Source: Anaeromyxobacteraceae bacterium (GTDB taxonomy: Bacteria > Myxococcota > Myxococcia > Myxococcales > Anaeromyxobacteraceae). From it: 64,000 nucleotides of DNA. The notes beneath the pieces were generated by a model. It was given only the letters and a program-made list of their open reading frames with translations, was not told the origin of the DNA and did not search any database. This document shows positions 14,385 to 27,649 of the stretch, in pieces (positions within the stretch are counted from its first letter, which is position 1; the number at the start of each line of letters is the position of its first letter). Made by a program: the position numbers and the translations under genes. The DNA lies in the NCBI GenBank assembly GCA_032654565.1, contig JAULAX010000018.1, forward strand, positions 256,001 to 320,000, written 5' to 3'.

Positions 14385-16832
14385 TCAGTTCACCGGCAGG
14401 TGGAGCTTGACCAGCAGCTCCTTGAAGCGGGGATCGGTGGAGAGCCCCTGCACCAGCGGATCGAGCCGCAGGTCCATGAGCCCGCCGTCGGCCTCCAGCC
14501 GGGCCCGCTCCAGCCAGCGAAAGGCCAGGTCCTTCTCGCCCCGCCAGGCGTAGACGGTGGCGATCTGGAAGGGGCCCGCGTCGGCGTAGCGGGCCAGCAG
14601 CTGGTCGAGCGCCGCCTGGGCCTCGGCGCGCCGCCCCAGCGAGTGGAGCGCCGCCGCCGTCAGCTGGAGCCGGAACAGCTCCTGGCTGCAGCGCCTGGCC
14701 TCCTCGAGGGCCTGCTCCGGCCGCCCCTCGACCAGCTCGACCAGGGCCAGGTAGGTGGTGGCGAAGTCCTGCCGCGGCCGCAGCTGCGCCGAGCGGGTGG
14801 CGGCCCGGCGGGTCTCCTCCAGGTCGCCCAGCGCCAGCTGGATGGCCGCCAGCGAGGACCAGGCGCTGGGTGAGAGCGGGTCGAGCCGGGTGGCCAGCAG
14901 CGCCGCGGTCCTGGCCTCGGCCAGCTGCCCCAGGGGGGCGAGGACATCGCGGGCGTAGCGCTGGCGGATCTCGGCGTTGCCGGGATCGAGCGCCACCGCC
15001 CGCTCCAGGTCGGAGCGGGCGCCGATCCAGTCCCAGTCGACGCTGACCCGCAGGAAGCCGCGGACGGCGTACCCCTCGGCCAGCTCGGGGGCCAGCGCCA
15101 CCGCCTGCTCGGCCGCGCTCATGGCCTCGTCGCGGGCCGCCTTGAGCTGCTCGGCGGTGCCGTCGGCGTTGGCGTGGCCCCAGAAGAGCGCCTGGGAGAG
15201 GCCGGCCCAGGCCGGGGCGTAGGTGGGGTCGAGCGCCAGGGCCCGGCGGAAGGCGACCACCGCCCGCTGGGCGTCCTCGGCCCGCTCCTCGCGGTCGAGC
15301 TGCCGCCCCAGCAGGTACTGGGCATAGACCTCGGGATCGGCGGTCCAGTGGTGCCTGGAGCTGGGGGCGTGGCCCGCCAGCAGCTTCACCTGCAGGGCCT
15401 TGACCACGGCGGCGGCGATCTCGTCCTGGACCGCGAAGAGGTCGGCCACGTCGCGGTCGAAGGTGCGCGACCAGAGGTGGTAGCCGTCGGCCACCTTGAG
15501 GAGCTGGGCGGTCACCCGCAGCCGGTCACCGGACCGCCGCACGCTCCCCTCCAGCACCGCCTCGACGCCGAGGTCGCGCCCCAGCTGCCGCAGGTCGGGG
15601 AGCGGGTCCTGCAGGGCGGCGGTCGACCGCCGGCCGGTCACCCGCAGCCCCTCCAGCCGGGTCAGCGCCGCCACGATCTCCTCGGCCAGCCCCTCGGCGA
15701 GGTGGCCCTGGTCGTGCCTCCCGCTCAGGTCGACGAAGGTGAGGACCGCCACCGAGGGGGTCGGGTCGACCGCGGCCCGCCGACGCCACTCCCAGGCCCC
15801 CAGGGCCAGGGCCCCCAGCACCAGCAGGGCCGCGGCCACCGCCGCGATGTGGCCGGTCCAGCGGCGCCAGTGCGGCTGGATGCGGACCGAGCCGGCCGCC
15901 GGGCCACCCACCTCGGGCGGCGCCAGCTCGGCCTGGGTCACCAGCAGGCCGGCCAGCACCACGGCGCCGTCGCGCGGCCGCCGCACCGGGTCCTGCTCCA
16001 GCATCCGCGAGATCAGCCGGCCCAGCGCCGGGTGGCCGGGCACGGTGAGGCGCGGTGCTGGCTCCCCGCCGAGCACCGAGCGCCCCTCGTCGTCGGGGAA
16101 GGGGAGGGCGCCGGTGAGCATGCGGAACAGCAGCACGCCCAGCGCGAAGACGTCGGTCCGCTCGTCCTCGGGCGCCTCGCGCCACTGCTCCGGGGCCATG
16201 CCGTTGGGCGTGCCGCCGCCCATGCGCCGGCGGCCGAAGGCCTGGGCCAGGCCGAAGTCGAGCACCTTGGCGCCGCCCCCCTCGACGAGGAAGACGTTGG
16301 AGGGCTTGAGGTCGCGGTGGACCACGCCGTGGGCGTGGGCCCAGGCCAGGCCGCGGGCCACGTCGACGGCGATGGCCACGGCCTCGGCGGGGGCCAGCGG
16401 GCCGCGGGCCAGCCGCGCCGAGAGGGTCTTGCCGCGCAGCAGCTCCAGCACCAGGTACGGGCCGTGGGCGCAGCGCCCCACGTCGTAGAGCGTCACCAGG
16501 TTGGGGTGGGCCAGCCGGGCGATGGTCTCGGCCTCGCGCCGCAGCTGGTCCTCGGCCACCTCGGCGCGCCCGGCGCGGACCACCTTGAAGGCCACCAGGC
16601 GGCCCAGCGAGGTGTCGCGGGCCTCGAAGACCACGCCGAAGGCGCCGCGCCCCAGCTCCCGCACCAGCTCGAACCGGTCGACGCGGGCCCCGGGCCGGAG
16701 GTCGGGCGACCAGGCCACCCCCTCGTCGACGGCGGGGGTGTGGGCCAGGTCGGCGAGCAGCGCAGAGATGGAGCCGGGCTCGGGGGCTTCCTGGTCGGGT
16801 GACTCTGGCGGCACGGCCCGGGACGTTGGCAC
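14385..16832 (-). CDS. Membrane Ser/Thr protein kinase with TolB-like and TPR domains
   Basis: LGRGAFGVV, VAFK, HRDLKPSN, DFGLA, MAPE; one TM helix; SVAVLTF...LEGSVRRSGDRLRVTAQL...WSRTFDR; TPR repeats. Confidence 0.92.
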   Translation of the reverse strand: MPTSRAVPPESPDQEAPEPGSISALLADLAHTPAVDEGVAWSPDLRPGARVDRFELVRELGRGAFGVVFEARDTSLGRLVAFKVVRAGRAEVAEDQLRREAETIARLAHPNLVTLYDVGRCAHGPYLVLELLRGKTLSARLARGPLAPAEAVAIAVDVARGLAWAHAHGVVHRDLKPSNVFLVEGGGAKVLDFGLAQAFGRRRMGGGTPNGMAPEQWREAPEDERTDVFALGVLLFRMLTGALPFPDDEGRSVLGGEPAPRLTVPGHPALGRLISRMLEQDPVRRPRDGAVVLAGLLVTQAELAPPEVGGPAAGSVRIQPHWRRWTGHIAAVAAALLVLGALALGAWEWRRRAAVDPTPSVAVLTFVDLSGRHDQGHLAEGLAEEIVAALTRLEGLRVTGRRSTAALQDPLPDLRQLGRDLGVEAVLEGSVRRSGDRLRVTAQLLKVADGYHLWSRTFDRDVADLFAVQDEIAAAVVKALQVKLLAGHAPSSRHHWTADPEVYAQYLLGRQLDREERAEDAQRAVVAFRRALALDPTYAPAWAGLSQALFWGHANADGTAEQLKAARDEAMSAAEQAVALAPELAEGYAVRGFLRVSVDWDWIGARSDLERAVALDPGNAEIRQRYARDVLAPLGQLAEARTAALLATRLDPLSPSAWSSLAAIQLALGDLEETRRAATRSAQLRPRQDFATTYLALVELVEGRPEQALEEARRCSQELFRLQLTAAALHSLGRRAEAQAALDQLLARYADAGPFQIATVYAWRGEKDLAFRWLERARLEADGGLMDLRLDPLVQGLSTDPRFKELLVKLHLPVN

Positions 16833-16898
16833 GCCGCGCGAAGCGGCGGCAAGTCACGGGGAAGGGGGACGGGGACCGTCCGCCTTCTCCGGCCGCGG

Positions 16899-18116
16899 TC
16901 ACCTGCGGTAGCGCTCCAGGCAGCGCTCGCCGAAAGCCTGCCGCGCCGCCAACTTGTTGTGCGGTCCGCAGAGCAATCGGAGATTGTCCTCCGTCCTCCC
17001 GCCGAACATGGCCCACGGCAGGATGTGATCGAGCTCCAGGCGGTGCGTCGAGCCGCAGCGGCCGCCGCCGTCCCGAGGCCAGCAGCAGCGCCCCCCGTCC
17101 CGCGCCCAGACGGCGCGGCGGACGGCGGCGGGGATGGCTTCGCGAGGTCCGGTGCGGCGGAGAGGTGGTGGCTCGTTCGAAGGTTCGATCGAAGACTCGG
17201 CCAGGGGCGGGTTCTCGGACAGAGTCGCGGCGGAGGTTCCGACCGGGGCTGCCGTGGGGACGACGCTGCGCGGCCTCTTCACCTGTCCCCGCGCCCTGGC
17301 CTGCTTCTCAAGCAAGAGCCTCAGCGCCGCCTGAAGCACCTGCTCCGTGGTGGCGTTCGGGATGGCGTGCGAGAGGCCGTCCTTGGCCATTTCAAGCTCC
17401 TTGAGGAACCGGCGGCTCACCGTGACGTGGAGCCTGCGCAGGTCGGCGGTGAGGGGCTCGACTTCGTCGCGGGAGGCGACGACCCGTCCGGGCTGGGTGA
17501 AACCGAGTTCAGTTGACTGAACCGTCTTGACCGATCGTGTGGCCTGGGGTGCCTGCAGTTCGAGCGCTGCCGGCGAGACCAGCTCGCTCGGCCGGACCGC
17601 CTCGACCAACCGAGGCGACCCCAGGAGCGTCACCACGGCCCGGACCGGCGGATTGGTGACGGGTGCGAGCGCCGCCACCACCTCCCTCGCCTGCTGCGAG
17701 GAACAGCCGAAGAAGCGCGGCACCACCTCCGTGCGGTTGGCCTCTGTCAGGACCTTGGAAAGCTCGAACACGGTGGTGATGCACAGGCGCCCGTCGCGGA
17801 GCGGATCGATGAGATCGGGGAAGCGCTGGAGCAGGCGAGCTGCCGTCTGCCGGAAGAAGGCCCCGCCCTTGGAGAGCCCGAGCTCTACATTGAGGAAGGC
17901 GAAGAGGCTGGCGTGGCCAAGCACCTCCCAGCCGCGGTTGCGGTCGAAGTGTGCCAGGGCGAGCAGGAAATCGGCCGCGGCGGACCGCTCGGCGCGCAGC
18001 AGCGTAGCCAGTCCGTCGCGAGCCTGGCGAGCATCACAGAGTTCGAGGGAGGGAGAGGCCGCTCCGTGGATGGAGGCCGCGGCCGAGGGTGGGGTCGGAT
18101 GCGCGTGGTTGATCAT
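16899..18116 (-). CDS. HNH endonuclease (DUF222-like, C-terminal HNH domain)
   Basis: IPAAVRRAVWARDGGRC...CGSTHRLELDHILP...GGRTEDNLRLLCGPHN; N-terminal GHASLFAFLNVELGLS. Codon use is visibly less GC3-biased than its neighbours. Confidence 0.88.
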   Translation of the reverse strand: MINHAHPTPPSAAASIHGAASPSLELCDARQARDGLATLLRAERSAAADFLLALAHFDRNRGWEVLGHASLFAFLNVELGLSKGGAFFRQTAARLLQRFPDLIDPLRDGRLCITTVFELSKVLTEANRTEVVPRFFGCSSQQAREVVAALAPVTNPPVRAVVTLLGSPRLVEAVRPSELVSPAALELQAPQATRSVKTVQSTELGFTQPGRVVASRDEVEPLTADLRRLHVTVSRRFLKELEMAKDGLSHAIPNATTEQVLQAALRLLLEKQARARGQVKRPRSVVPTAAPVGTSAATLSENPPLAESSIEPSNEPPPLRRTGPREAIPAAVRRAVWARDGGRCCWPRDGGGRCGSTHRLELDHILPWAMFGGRTEDNLRLLCGPHNKLAARQAFGERCLERYRR

Positions 18117-18122
18117 TCACGC

Positions 18123-18144
18123 ATCGTCTCATTCAGGTCTGACA
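18123..18144 (-). promoter_or_regulatory. Putative promoter TGTCAG-N10-GACGAT, 6 nt before the HNH ATG
   Basis: Minus strand reads TGTCAG ACCTGAATGA GACGAT GCGTGA ATG; geometry resembles TGTCRG-N10-TAnnnT DNA-damage promoters. Confidence 0.4.
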
Positions 18145-18307
18145 TTTCCGGGCCTGCCCACACGCATAGAACCCAAGAGGGACAGGCCATTGGTGACAAA
18201 CGTACCCGAATCCGAAGGCGCCGCCGCAGGGACCGGTGGGCGGGACGCGACGGACGGCAGGTGGGGGACGGTCTGAGGGTCGTCCCATCAAACCGATCGA
18301 GAAGTCA

Positions 18308-18357
18308 GTCTTCATGGCTTGCGGCGGCGCCACCAGAAGCCGGCGCCGTCGCGATTG
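18308..18357. repeat. 50-bp hairpin-forming direct repeat, copy 1
   Basis: 43/50 identical to 18535-18584; 11-bp stem 18321-18331 / 18342-18352. Confidence 0.9.
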
Positions 18358-18534
18358 AGAGCGAGTTCTGCAGCCGCGCCCGTCACGTCCACGCGCCGCG
18401 CGCCGAGGCCGGCGCTCCTGTGGTGGCGCAGCGCAGCCTGGCCCGAGCGGACCCGACCCGCCGGGACCGAGAGGCGGGCGCCGTCAGGAGGAGGGGGCGG
18501 AACCAAACCGCAGCGAAAGCCAGGCCAGGAGGCG

Positions 18535-18584
18535 GTCCTCATGGTTTGCGGCGGCGACGCCAGAGGCCGTCGCCGTCGCGACTG
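18535..18584. repeat. 50-bp hairpin-forming direct repeat, copy 2
   Basis: 11-bp stem 18548-18558 / 18569-18579; overlapped by a 15-bp tandem duplication (18574-18588 / 18589-18603, 1 mismatch). Confidence 0.9.
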
Positions 18585-18643
18585 GCCCCGTCGCAACTGG
18601 CCCCCGCGTGCGGCCCACCCCGGCCCGGGTTAGATTGCCGCCC

Positions 18644-19380
<737 letters not shown>

Positions 19381-19384
<4 letters not shown>

Positions 19385-20142
19385 TCTCGCTGGGCTTCCG
19401 CACCCTGCTGGTCAAGGAGATCCGCCGCTTCCTGCGGGTCCCCGGGCAGACCCTGGCGACGCCGCTCCTGACCACCACCCTCTACTTCCTGGTCTTCGGC
19501 GTCTCCATCGGCCACCAGCTGCGCGAGGTGGGCGGCGTGCCCTACGCCCGCTTCATCGTGCCCGGGCTGGTGCTGATGGGGGTGATGCAGAACGCCTACC
19601 TCAACAGCGCCTCCTCGCTCTTCGTCATGAAGCTGCAGGGGACCATCGTCGACGTGCTGGTCTCGCCGCTCTCCTACGCCGAGATCCTCGGGGCCTTCGT
19701 GCTGGCGGCGGTGGTGCGCGGCCTGCTGGTGGGGGGCATCACCTGGGCGGTGGCCGGGGCCTTCACCGGCTTCGAGGTGGCCCACCCGGCGCTGGCGCTG
19801 GCGCTGGTGGCGCTGGCGGCCGCCGCCTTCGCGGCCGGCGGGGTGGTGAGCGCCATCTGGGCGCAGACCTTCGAGCAGGTGAACTTCTTCCCCACCTTCT
19901 TCATCCTGCCCCTCACCTTCCTCGGGGGGGTCTTCTTCTCGGTGCGGATGCTGCCCCCCGGGCTGGCGGCGGCGGCCCGGGCCAATCCGGTTTTTTACAT
20001 GGTGGACGGCCTGCGCTTCGCCATGCTGGGGAGCAGCGACGCCTCCCCCTGGGTCGGCGCCGGCCTGGTGGCCCTGCTGGCGGCCGGGGCGCACACCGTG
20101 GCCTACCTGCTCCTCCGCTCCGGCTGGCGGCTGCGCGGCTGA
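19381..20142 (+). CDS. ABC-2 permease (YadH-like)
   Basis: KEIRRFLRV, FIVPGL, PLTFLGGVFFS, NPVFYMVDGLR. Confidence 0.92.
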
Positions 20143-20271
20143 GCATGGTACAGGGGGCCTCTTCCGCGACCTCTTGTCCGAATCCCGGAATCCGTTTCGG
20201 GGTCAGATTGGTTTAGTGTACGGCCCCTCAACGGGTCCCAACCGTTTCCCGTCTCCATGGAGGTTTCACCG

Positions 20272-21069
20272 ATGCGTCGTCTTAGCGCCGTCCTGCTCGT
20301 CGCCGTCGCCGTGGCGGGCTGCAAGAAGACCGAGCCGCCTGCCGCAGCGCCGGCCGCCGCCACCAACGCCATGGAGGCCCAGGCCGCGCCCCCCGCCTCC
20401 AACCTCAAGGGCAAGGTGCTGGAGCGGCTCGACGCGCCCCCCTACAGCTACCTGAGGATCCAGTCGGGCAAGGAGGAGCTGTGGGCCGCGGTGCCCAAGG
20501 CCGAGGTGGCCAAGGGCGCCGAGGTGACCGTGCTCAACGCCATGCCCATGGCCAACTTCGAGTCGAAGACCCTGAAGCGGAAGTTCGAGGTGGTCTTCTT
20601 CGGCACCCTGGACGGCCCGGCCGCCGCCGGCGCCGCCGCGCCCTCGCCCATGCCCGGGATGGCCCCGGCCGGCATGGACAGCACCCCCGCCGGCATGGCC
20701 CAGCAGCACGCCAAGGCCGCCCAGGGGCCGAGCAACGTCGGCGACGTCAAGGTGGCCAAGGCCACCGGCGCCGACGCCCGCACCGTGGCCGAGGTCTACG
20801 CCCAGAAGGGCGCCCTCAAGGACAAGCCGGTCACCATCCGCGGCAAGGTGGTCAAGTTCAACCCCGGCATCATGGGCAAGAACTGGGTCCACATCCAGGA
20901 CGGCACCGGCAAGGCCGACAAGCAGGACAACGACGTCACCGTCACCACCCAGGACATGACCGCGGTCGGCGAGACGGTGGTGGTCAAGGGCACGGTCCGC
21001 GCCGACAAGGACTTCGGCGCCGGCTACGCCTACCCGGTCATCGTCGAGGACGCCAAGCTGTCGAAGTAG
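20272..21069 (+). CDS. Lipoprotein with two small beta domains (possibly NrfJ-like plus OB-fold-like)
   Basis: GGAGG RBS, lipobox VAGC, YSYLRI...WAAVP...[10 protein letters not shown], then [23 protein letters not shown]...[12 protein letters not shown]. The CDS is clear; the domain names are tentative. Confidence 0.7.
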   Translation: MRRLSAVLLVAVAVAGCKKTEPPAAAPAAATNAMEAQAAPPASNLKGKVLERLDAPPYSYLRIQSGKEELWAAVPKAEVAKGAEVTVLNAMPMANFESKTLKRKFEVVFFGTLDGPAAAGAAAPSPMPGMAPAGMDSTPAGMAQQHAKAAQGPSNVGDVKVAKATGADARTVAEVYAQKGALKDKPVTIRGKVVKFNPGIMGKNWVHIQDGTGKADKQDNDVTVTTQDMTAVGETVVVKGTVRADKDFGAGYAYPVIVEDAKLSK

Positions 21070-21181
21070 CCACCCGGCGCGGCGGCGGCAGGCGGGCGCT
21101 CACCTCCGGGTCGGCGCCCGTCCCGTCTCCAGGGCCCGGGCGGCGCCCGTCTCGTGGGACACGCGGTGTAAGGTCGGCGGC

Positions 21182-22693
<1,512 letters not shown>

Positions 22694-23184
22694 TCCCGCC
22701 GGAGACCGAGGTGCCCTCGAGGCGGAGGGTGATGACGCCGGCGGTGAGGTAGGGGGAGAGGTCGAGGTTGTACCGGCCCGCCGCCGGGATGGACGCGGGG
22801 TGCTGTTCGCCCGGGGGCGCCGGCTTGGTGTAGGAGGCGAGCAGGGCCGGATCCAGCGGCGAGCCCGACGGCGGCAGGACGGACAGCGTCACCGACTGGA
22901 TGTCGCCAAAGTCGCCCATGGCCGGGTTGGCGACCAGGGTCACGTCCATGGCCAGGAGCCGCAGGTCGAAGGTGACGTCCTTCTCCTTGATCAGGCTGAT
23001 CTTGTCGCCGAGGTCGAAGGGGATGTCCTTGCGCAGCGTCCCGCCGGCCGGCACCTCGGGGAAGGGGTAGCCCGTCGAGGTCATGACCACGCTGGGGATC
23101 TCGACCTCGGCGGTGAGCACGCCGCAGCCGGCCAGGAGGGCCAGGGCGGGGAAGGCGAAGTGGTGGACGCGCATGTTCGCCTCG

Positions 23185-24066
23185 CTAGAAGTAGAAGAGG
23201 AAGCCGAGCCGCAGGGAGGGGATCACCGCCCGGACGGTGGGGTTGCTCATGGTCACGGTCCACGGCTGGCCGGTGGCGGCGGGATCGGGCAGCGCGGTGG
23301 CGCTGCCGTGGAGCGTCATCCAGAACCAGGTGAGCCCGACCCCCATCGAGAAGGTGAAGCCGCGCGGCGAGCCGAACTCCAGGTTGAGGTGGCCGCTCAC
23401 GTAGTCGTAGGCCACCTTCTCGAGCAGCTGCGTCGGGTCGAGCCGGTCGCCGGGCTTGGGCTTGTAGAGGCTGCTCATGTTGCTGTGGAAGAAGTGGCCG
23501 GCGCTGGCCTCCAGGACCGGCGAGACGTACCAGCGGACCGGGGTGAGGGCGATGCCGCCCTGGATGCCGTAGGACAGGTAGTTCCAGGCCGGCCCGGCCA
23601 TGAGGCGGAGCGAGGGCAGGGGGCGGACCACCAGGTCGGCGGTGACGCCGTGGGGGACGCCGAGGCCGAAGCGGAGCCCGAGCTTCGGGTAGGGCTCCAC
23701 GGTGGGCGGCGGCGAGGGGGGCGCCGGGACCAGCGCGGCGGCGGCTGCGGCGGAGGAGGCGGCGGCGGCTGCTGCGGCTGGCGGGGCGGGCGGCGGCGCA
23801 CCGAGGGGCGGCTCGCCCGGGGGTGGCGGCGGGCCGGGGTCAGCGGCCGGCGGCGCGGGGGCAGGGGCCACCGCCGCCTGGTCGGCGGCCGGTGGAGGGG
23901 CCGGTGGCTCGGCGGCTGGAGCCGGCGGCGGGGCAGGCGAGGGGTCGGTCGCCGGTGGGGGCGAGGGTTCGACGGCCGGCGGGGGCGGCGGCTCCGAGGC
24001 CGGTGCTTGCGCCAGCGCGGGCGCGGCGAGCAGCAGGAGCAGGGCAAGGAGCAGGCGCGAGCGCAT
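23185..24066 (-). CDS. Secreted / outer-membrane beta-barrel protein with Pro/Ala-rich N-terminal linker
   Basis: Signal peptide MRSRLLLALLLLLAAPALAQ, Pro-rich spacer, amphipathic strands, C-terminal LRLGFLFYF. Confidence 0.75.
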   Translation of the reverse strand: MRSRLLLALLLLLAAPALAQAPASEPPPPPAVEPSPPPATDPSPAPPPAPAAEPPAPPPAADQAAVAPAPAPPAADPGPPPPPGEPPLGAPPPAPPAAAAAAASSAAAAAALVPAPPSPPPTVEPYPKLGLRFGLGVPHGVTADLVVRPLPSLRLMAGPAWNYLSYGIQGGIALTPVRWYVSPVLEASAGHFFHSNMSSLYKPKPGDRLDPTQLLEKVAYDYVSGHLNLEFGSPRGFTFSMGVGLTWFWMTLHGSATALPDPAATGQPWTVTMSNPTVRAVIPSLRLGFLFYF

Positions 24067-24197
24067 CGGACCTTTCGGGGCGTGGAGTCGCCCTGACCAT
24101 CGACCCCAGATCCTAGGGCTCCGGCCACCGGGAGCCAAGTCCCGTGGGTAGGGCCAGGTGGAGAAATCTCCCAGCTTCTGCGATAGACCGGGGCCTC

Positions 24198-24752
24198 ATG
24201 GCGCTCCCCTCCACGCTCCACCACTTCGATGTCGCCCTCTCCCACGTCGACCGCGGGCTCGACCTGAAGCTCGCCGTCAAGGCGGCGCGCCACCCCTCCG
24301 AGACCGCCGAGCGGCTCTGGCTCAGGCTCCTCGCCTACTGCTGGCTGTGGGAGGAGACCATCGCCTTCGGGTCCGGGATCAGCAGCGAGCCGGAGGAGCC
24401 CGACCTGCTGGCGCTCGGCCCCGACGGCTCCACCCGGACGCTCCTGGTGCGGGTGGGGCGCCCCGAGGTCTCCCGGGTGGAGAAGGATCTGGCCCGGGGC
24501 GGCGGGGCCCGGGTGGCGGTGCTGTTCGACGGTGAGCGGCGGCTGGAGGCCTTCCTCTCCGAGGCCCGGGCCGGGCGCCCGGAGCGGCTGGCCAGGGCGG
24601 AGCTGGCCGCGGTGCCGGCGGCGCTGCTCTCGGTGCTGGCCAAGCGCGAGGAGCGGCGGCAGAAGATCGGCCTGACCATCGTGGCCGACCACCTCTACTT
24701 CGACTTCGGGAAGGAGACCATCGACGGCCCGCTGGTCCGGGGCAGCGTCTAG
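24198..24752 (+). CDS. yaeQ: YaeQ family protein
   Basis: MALPSTLHHFDVALSHVDRG, ARHPSETAERLWLRLLAYC, EPDL. Confidence 0.88.
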   Translation: MALPSTLHHFDVALSHVDRGLDLKLAVKAARHPSETAERLWLRLLAYCWLWEETIAFGSGISSEPEEPDLLALGPDGSTRTLLVRVGRPEVSRVEKDLARGGGARVAVLFDGERRLEAFLSEARAGRPERLARAELAAVPAALLSVLAKREERRQKIGLTIVADHLYFDFGKETIDGPLVRGSV

Positions 24753-24819
24753 CGCCCGGCCCAGGCCCTGCGCCGGCGCGGCCGATGGGGGCGGCGCGAT
24801 GGTTGACCCCTTCGGGGGC

Positions 24820-24837
24820 AAAAGAGTCGACACTTTT
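24820..24837. promoter_or_regulatory. Near-perfect 18-bp palindrome upstream of the suf operon
   Basis: AAAAGAGTC-GACACTTTT (8 of 9 pairs), just downstream of a TTGACC -35-like hexamer at 24803. Confidence 0.5.
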
Positions 24838-24877
24838 TGGTGACAGCGCCCCTGTACCCATTAGATCCGGGTGTATC

Positions 24878-24894
24878 TGGACCTTTTCGGTCCA
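24878..24894. promoter_or_regulatory. Candidate Rrf2/SufR operator
   Basis: TGGACC-TTTTC-GGTCCA inverted repeat about 57 bp before the Rrf2 ATG. Confidence 0.6.
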
Positions 24895-24951
24895 TGATGC
24901 CTCCGCGACCACGGTCCATCGACCGCCGCCGCGGGGCCCGAGGCCGCCGCC

Positions 24952-25424
24952 ATGATCCGGATGAGCAAGCTGACCGACTACGCCATCGTCCTCCTCGCCC
25001 ACCTGGCGCGAGACGAGCGCACCCTGACCGCCCAGGCGCTCTCGGCCCGCTCGCGGGTGCCGCTGCCCACCGTCTCCAAGCTGTGCAAGGAGCTCTCCCG
25101 CGCCGGGCTGCTCCAGTCCCACCGCGGCCGCCACGGCGGCTACTCGTTGACCCGTCCCCCGGAGCGGATCTCGGTGGCCGAGGTGGTCGAGGCCCTCGAG
25201 GGGCCCATCTCCCTCACCGAGTGCGGCTCCCCGGGGGCCGAGCCCTGCAGCATCGAGCCCTCCTGCATCGCCAAGGGGACCTGGGATCCGGTCTCGCGCG
25301 CCGTGCAGACGGCGCTGCGGGCCCTGCCGCTCTCCGAGATCGGCCCCTTCCGGCTCGGCCGCGGCGCCCCCGCCGCGGTGCTGCCCGCCTCCGCCCCGAC
25401 CCACCTCCCCGTGGTGACCACGCC

Positions 25425-25428
<4 letters not shown>
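24952..25428 (+). CDS. Rrf2-family SUF system Fe-S cluster assembly regulator
   Basis: [35 protein letters not shown]...C.....C (three Cys); first gene of the suf operon. Confidence 0.93.
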
Positions 25429-26860
<1,432 letters not shown>

Positions 26861-26864
<4 letters not shown>

Positions 26865-27649
26865 GCGGGGCGGTGCTGCTGGAGATCCGCGGGCTGCGGG
26901 CGCGGGTCGGCGACAAGGAGATCCTGAAGGGGCTGGACCTGACCGTCCGCGAGGGCGAGGTCCACGCCATCATGGGGCCGAACGGCTCCGGCAAGTCGAC
27001 GCTGGCCGGGGTGCTGGCCGGCCGCGACGCCTACGAGGTGACCGCCGGCTCGGTCCGCTTCGCCGGGCAGGACCTGCTGCCGCTGGCGCCGGAGGCGCGC
27101 GCCGTGGCCGGGATCTTCCTCGGCTTCCAGTACCCGGTGGAGATCCCCGGGGTCGGCAACCTCTACTTCCTGCGCACCGCGCTCAACGCCCTGCGCAAGG
27201 CCCGCGGCGAGGAGGAGCTGGACGCCATGGACTTCCTGGCGCTGGCCAAGGAGAAGATGAAGCTGGTCGAGCTCGACCCGGCCTTCGGCTCGCGCTCGGT
27301 CAACGAGGGGTTCAGCGGCGGCGAGAAGAAGCGCAACGAGGTCTTCCAGATGGCGGTGCTGGAGCCGAAGCTGGCCATCCTCGACGAGATCGACTCCGGC
27401 CTGGACATCGACGCCCTGCGGGTGGTCTCCGGCGGCGTCAACGCCCTGCGCAGCCCGGAGCGGGCCATCGTCATGGTGACCCACTACCAGCGGCTGCTCG
27501 ACTACGTGGCGCCGGACGTGGTCCACGTCATGGCGGGCGGCCGCATCGTCAAGACCGGCGGGCGCGAGCTGGCGCTGGAGCTGGAGAAGACCGGCTACGC
27601 CTGGGCTGGTGACAAGGCGCCGCTGGCGCTCACCGAGGCCCGCTCGTGA
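26861..27649 (+). CDS. sufC: Fe-S cluster assembly ATPase SufC
   Basis: [54 protein letters not shown]. Confidence 0.98.

Noticed and set aside
16827..16845. Possible sigma-54 promoter TTGGCACG
   Set aside because: No TTGC/GC -12 element at the correct spacing, and it points antisense into the HNH gene.
16899..18603. IS element or IscB/TnpB (OMEGA) locus
   Set aside because: No transposase, terminal inverted repeats, target-site duplication, PLMP motif or split RuvC motifs were found; only a C-terminal HNH domain is present.
23700..24010. GC-rich low-complexity repeat element
   Set aside because: Explained by the Pro/Ala linker codons of the outer-membrane protein.
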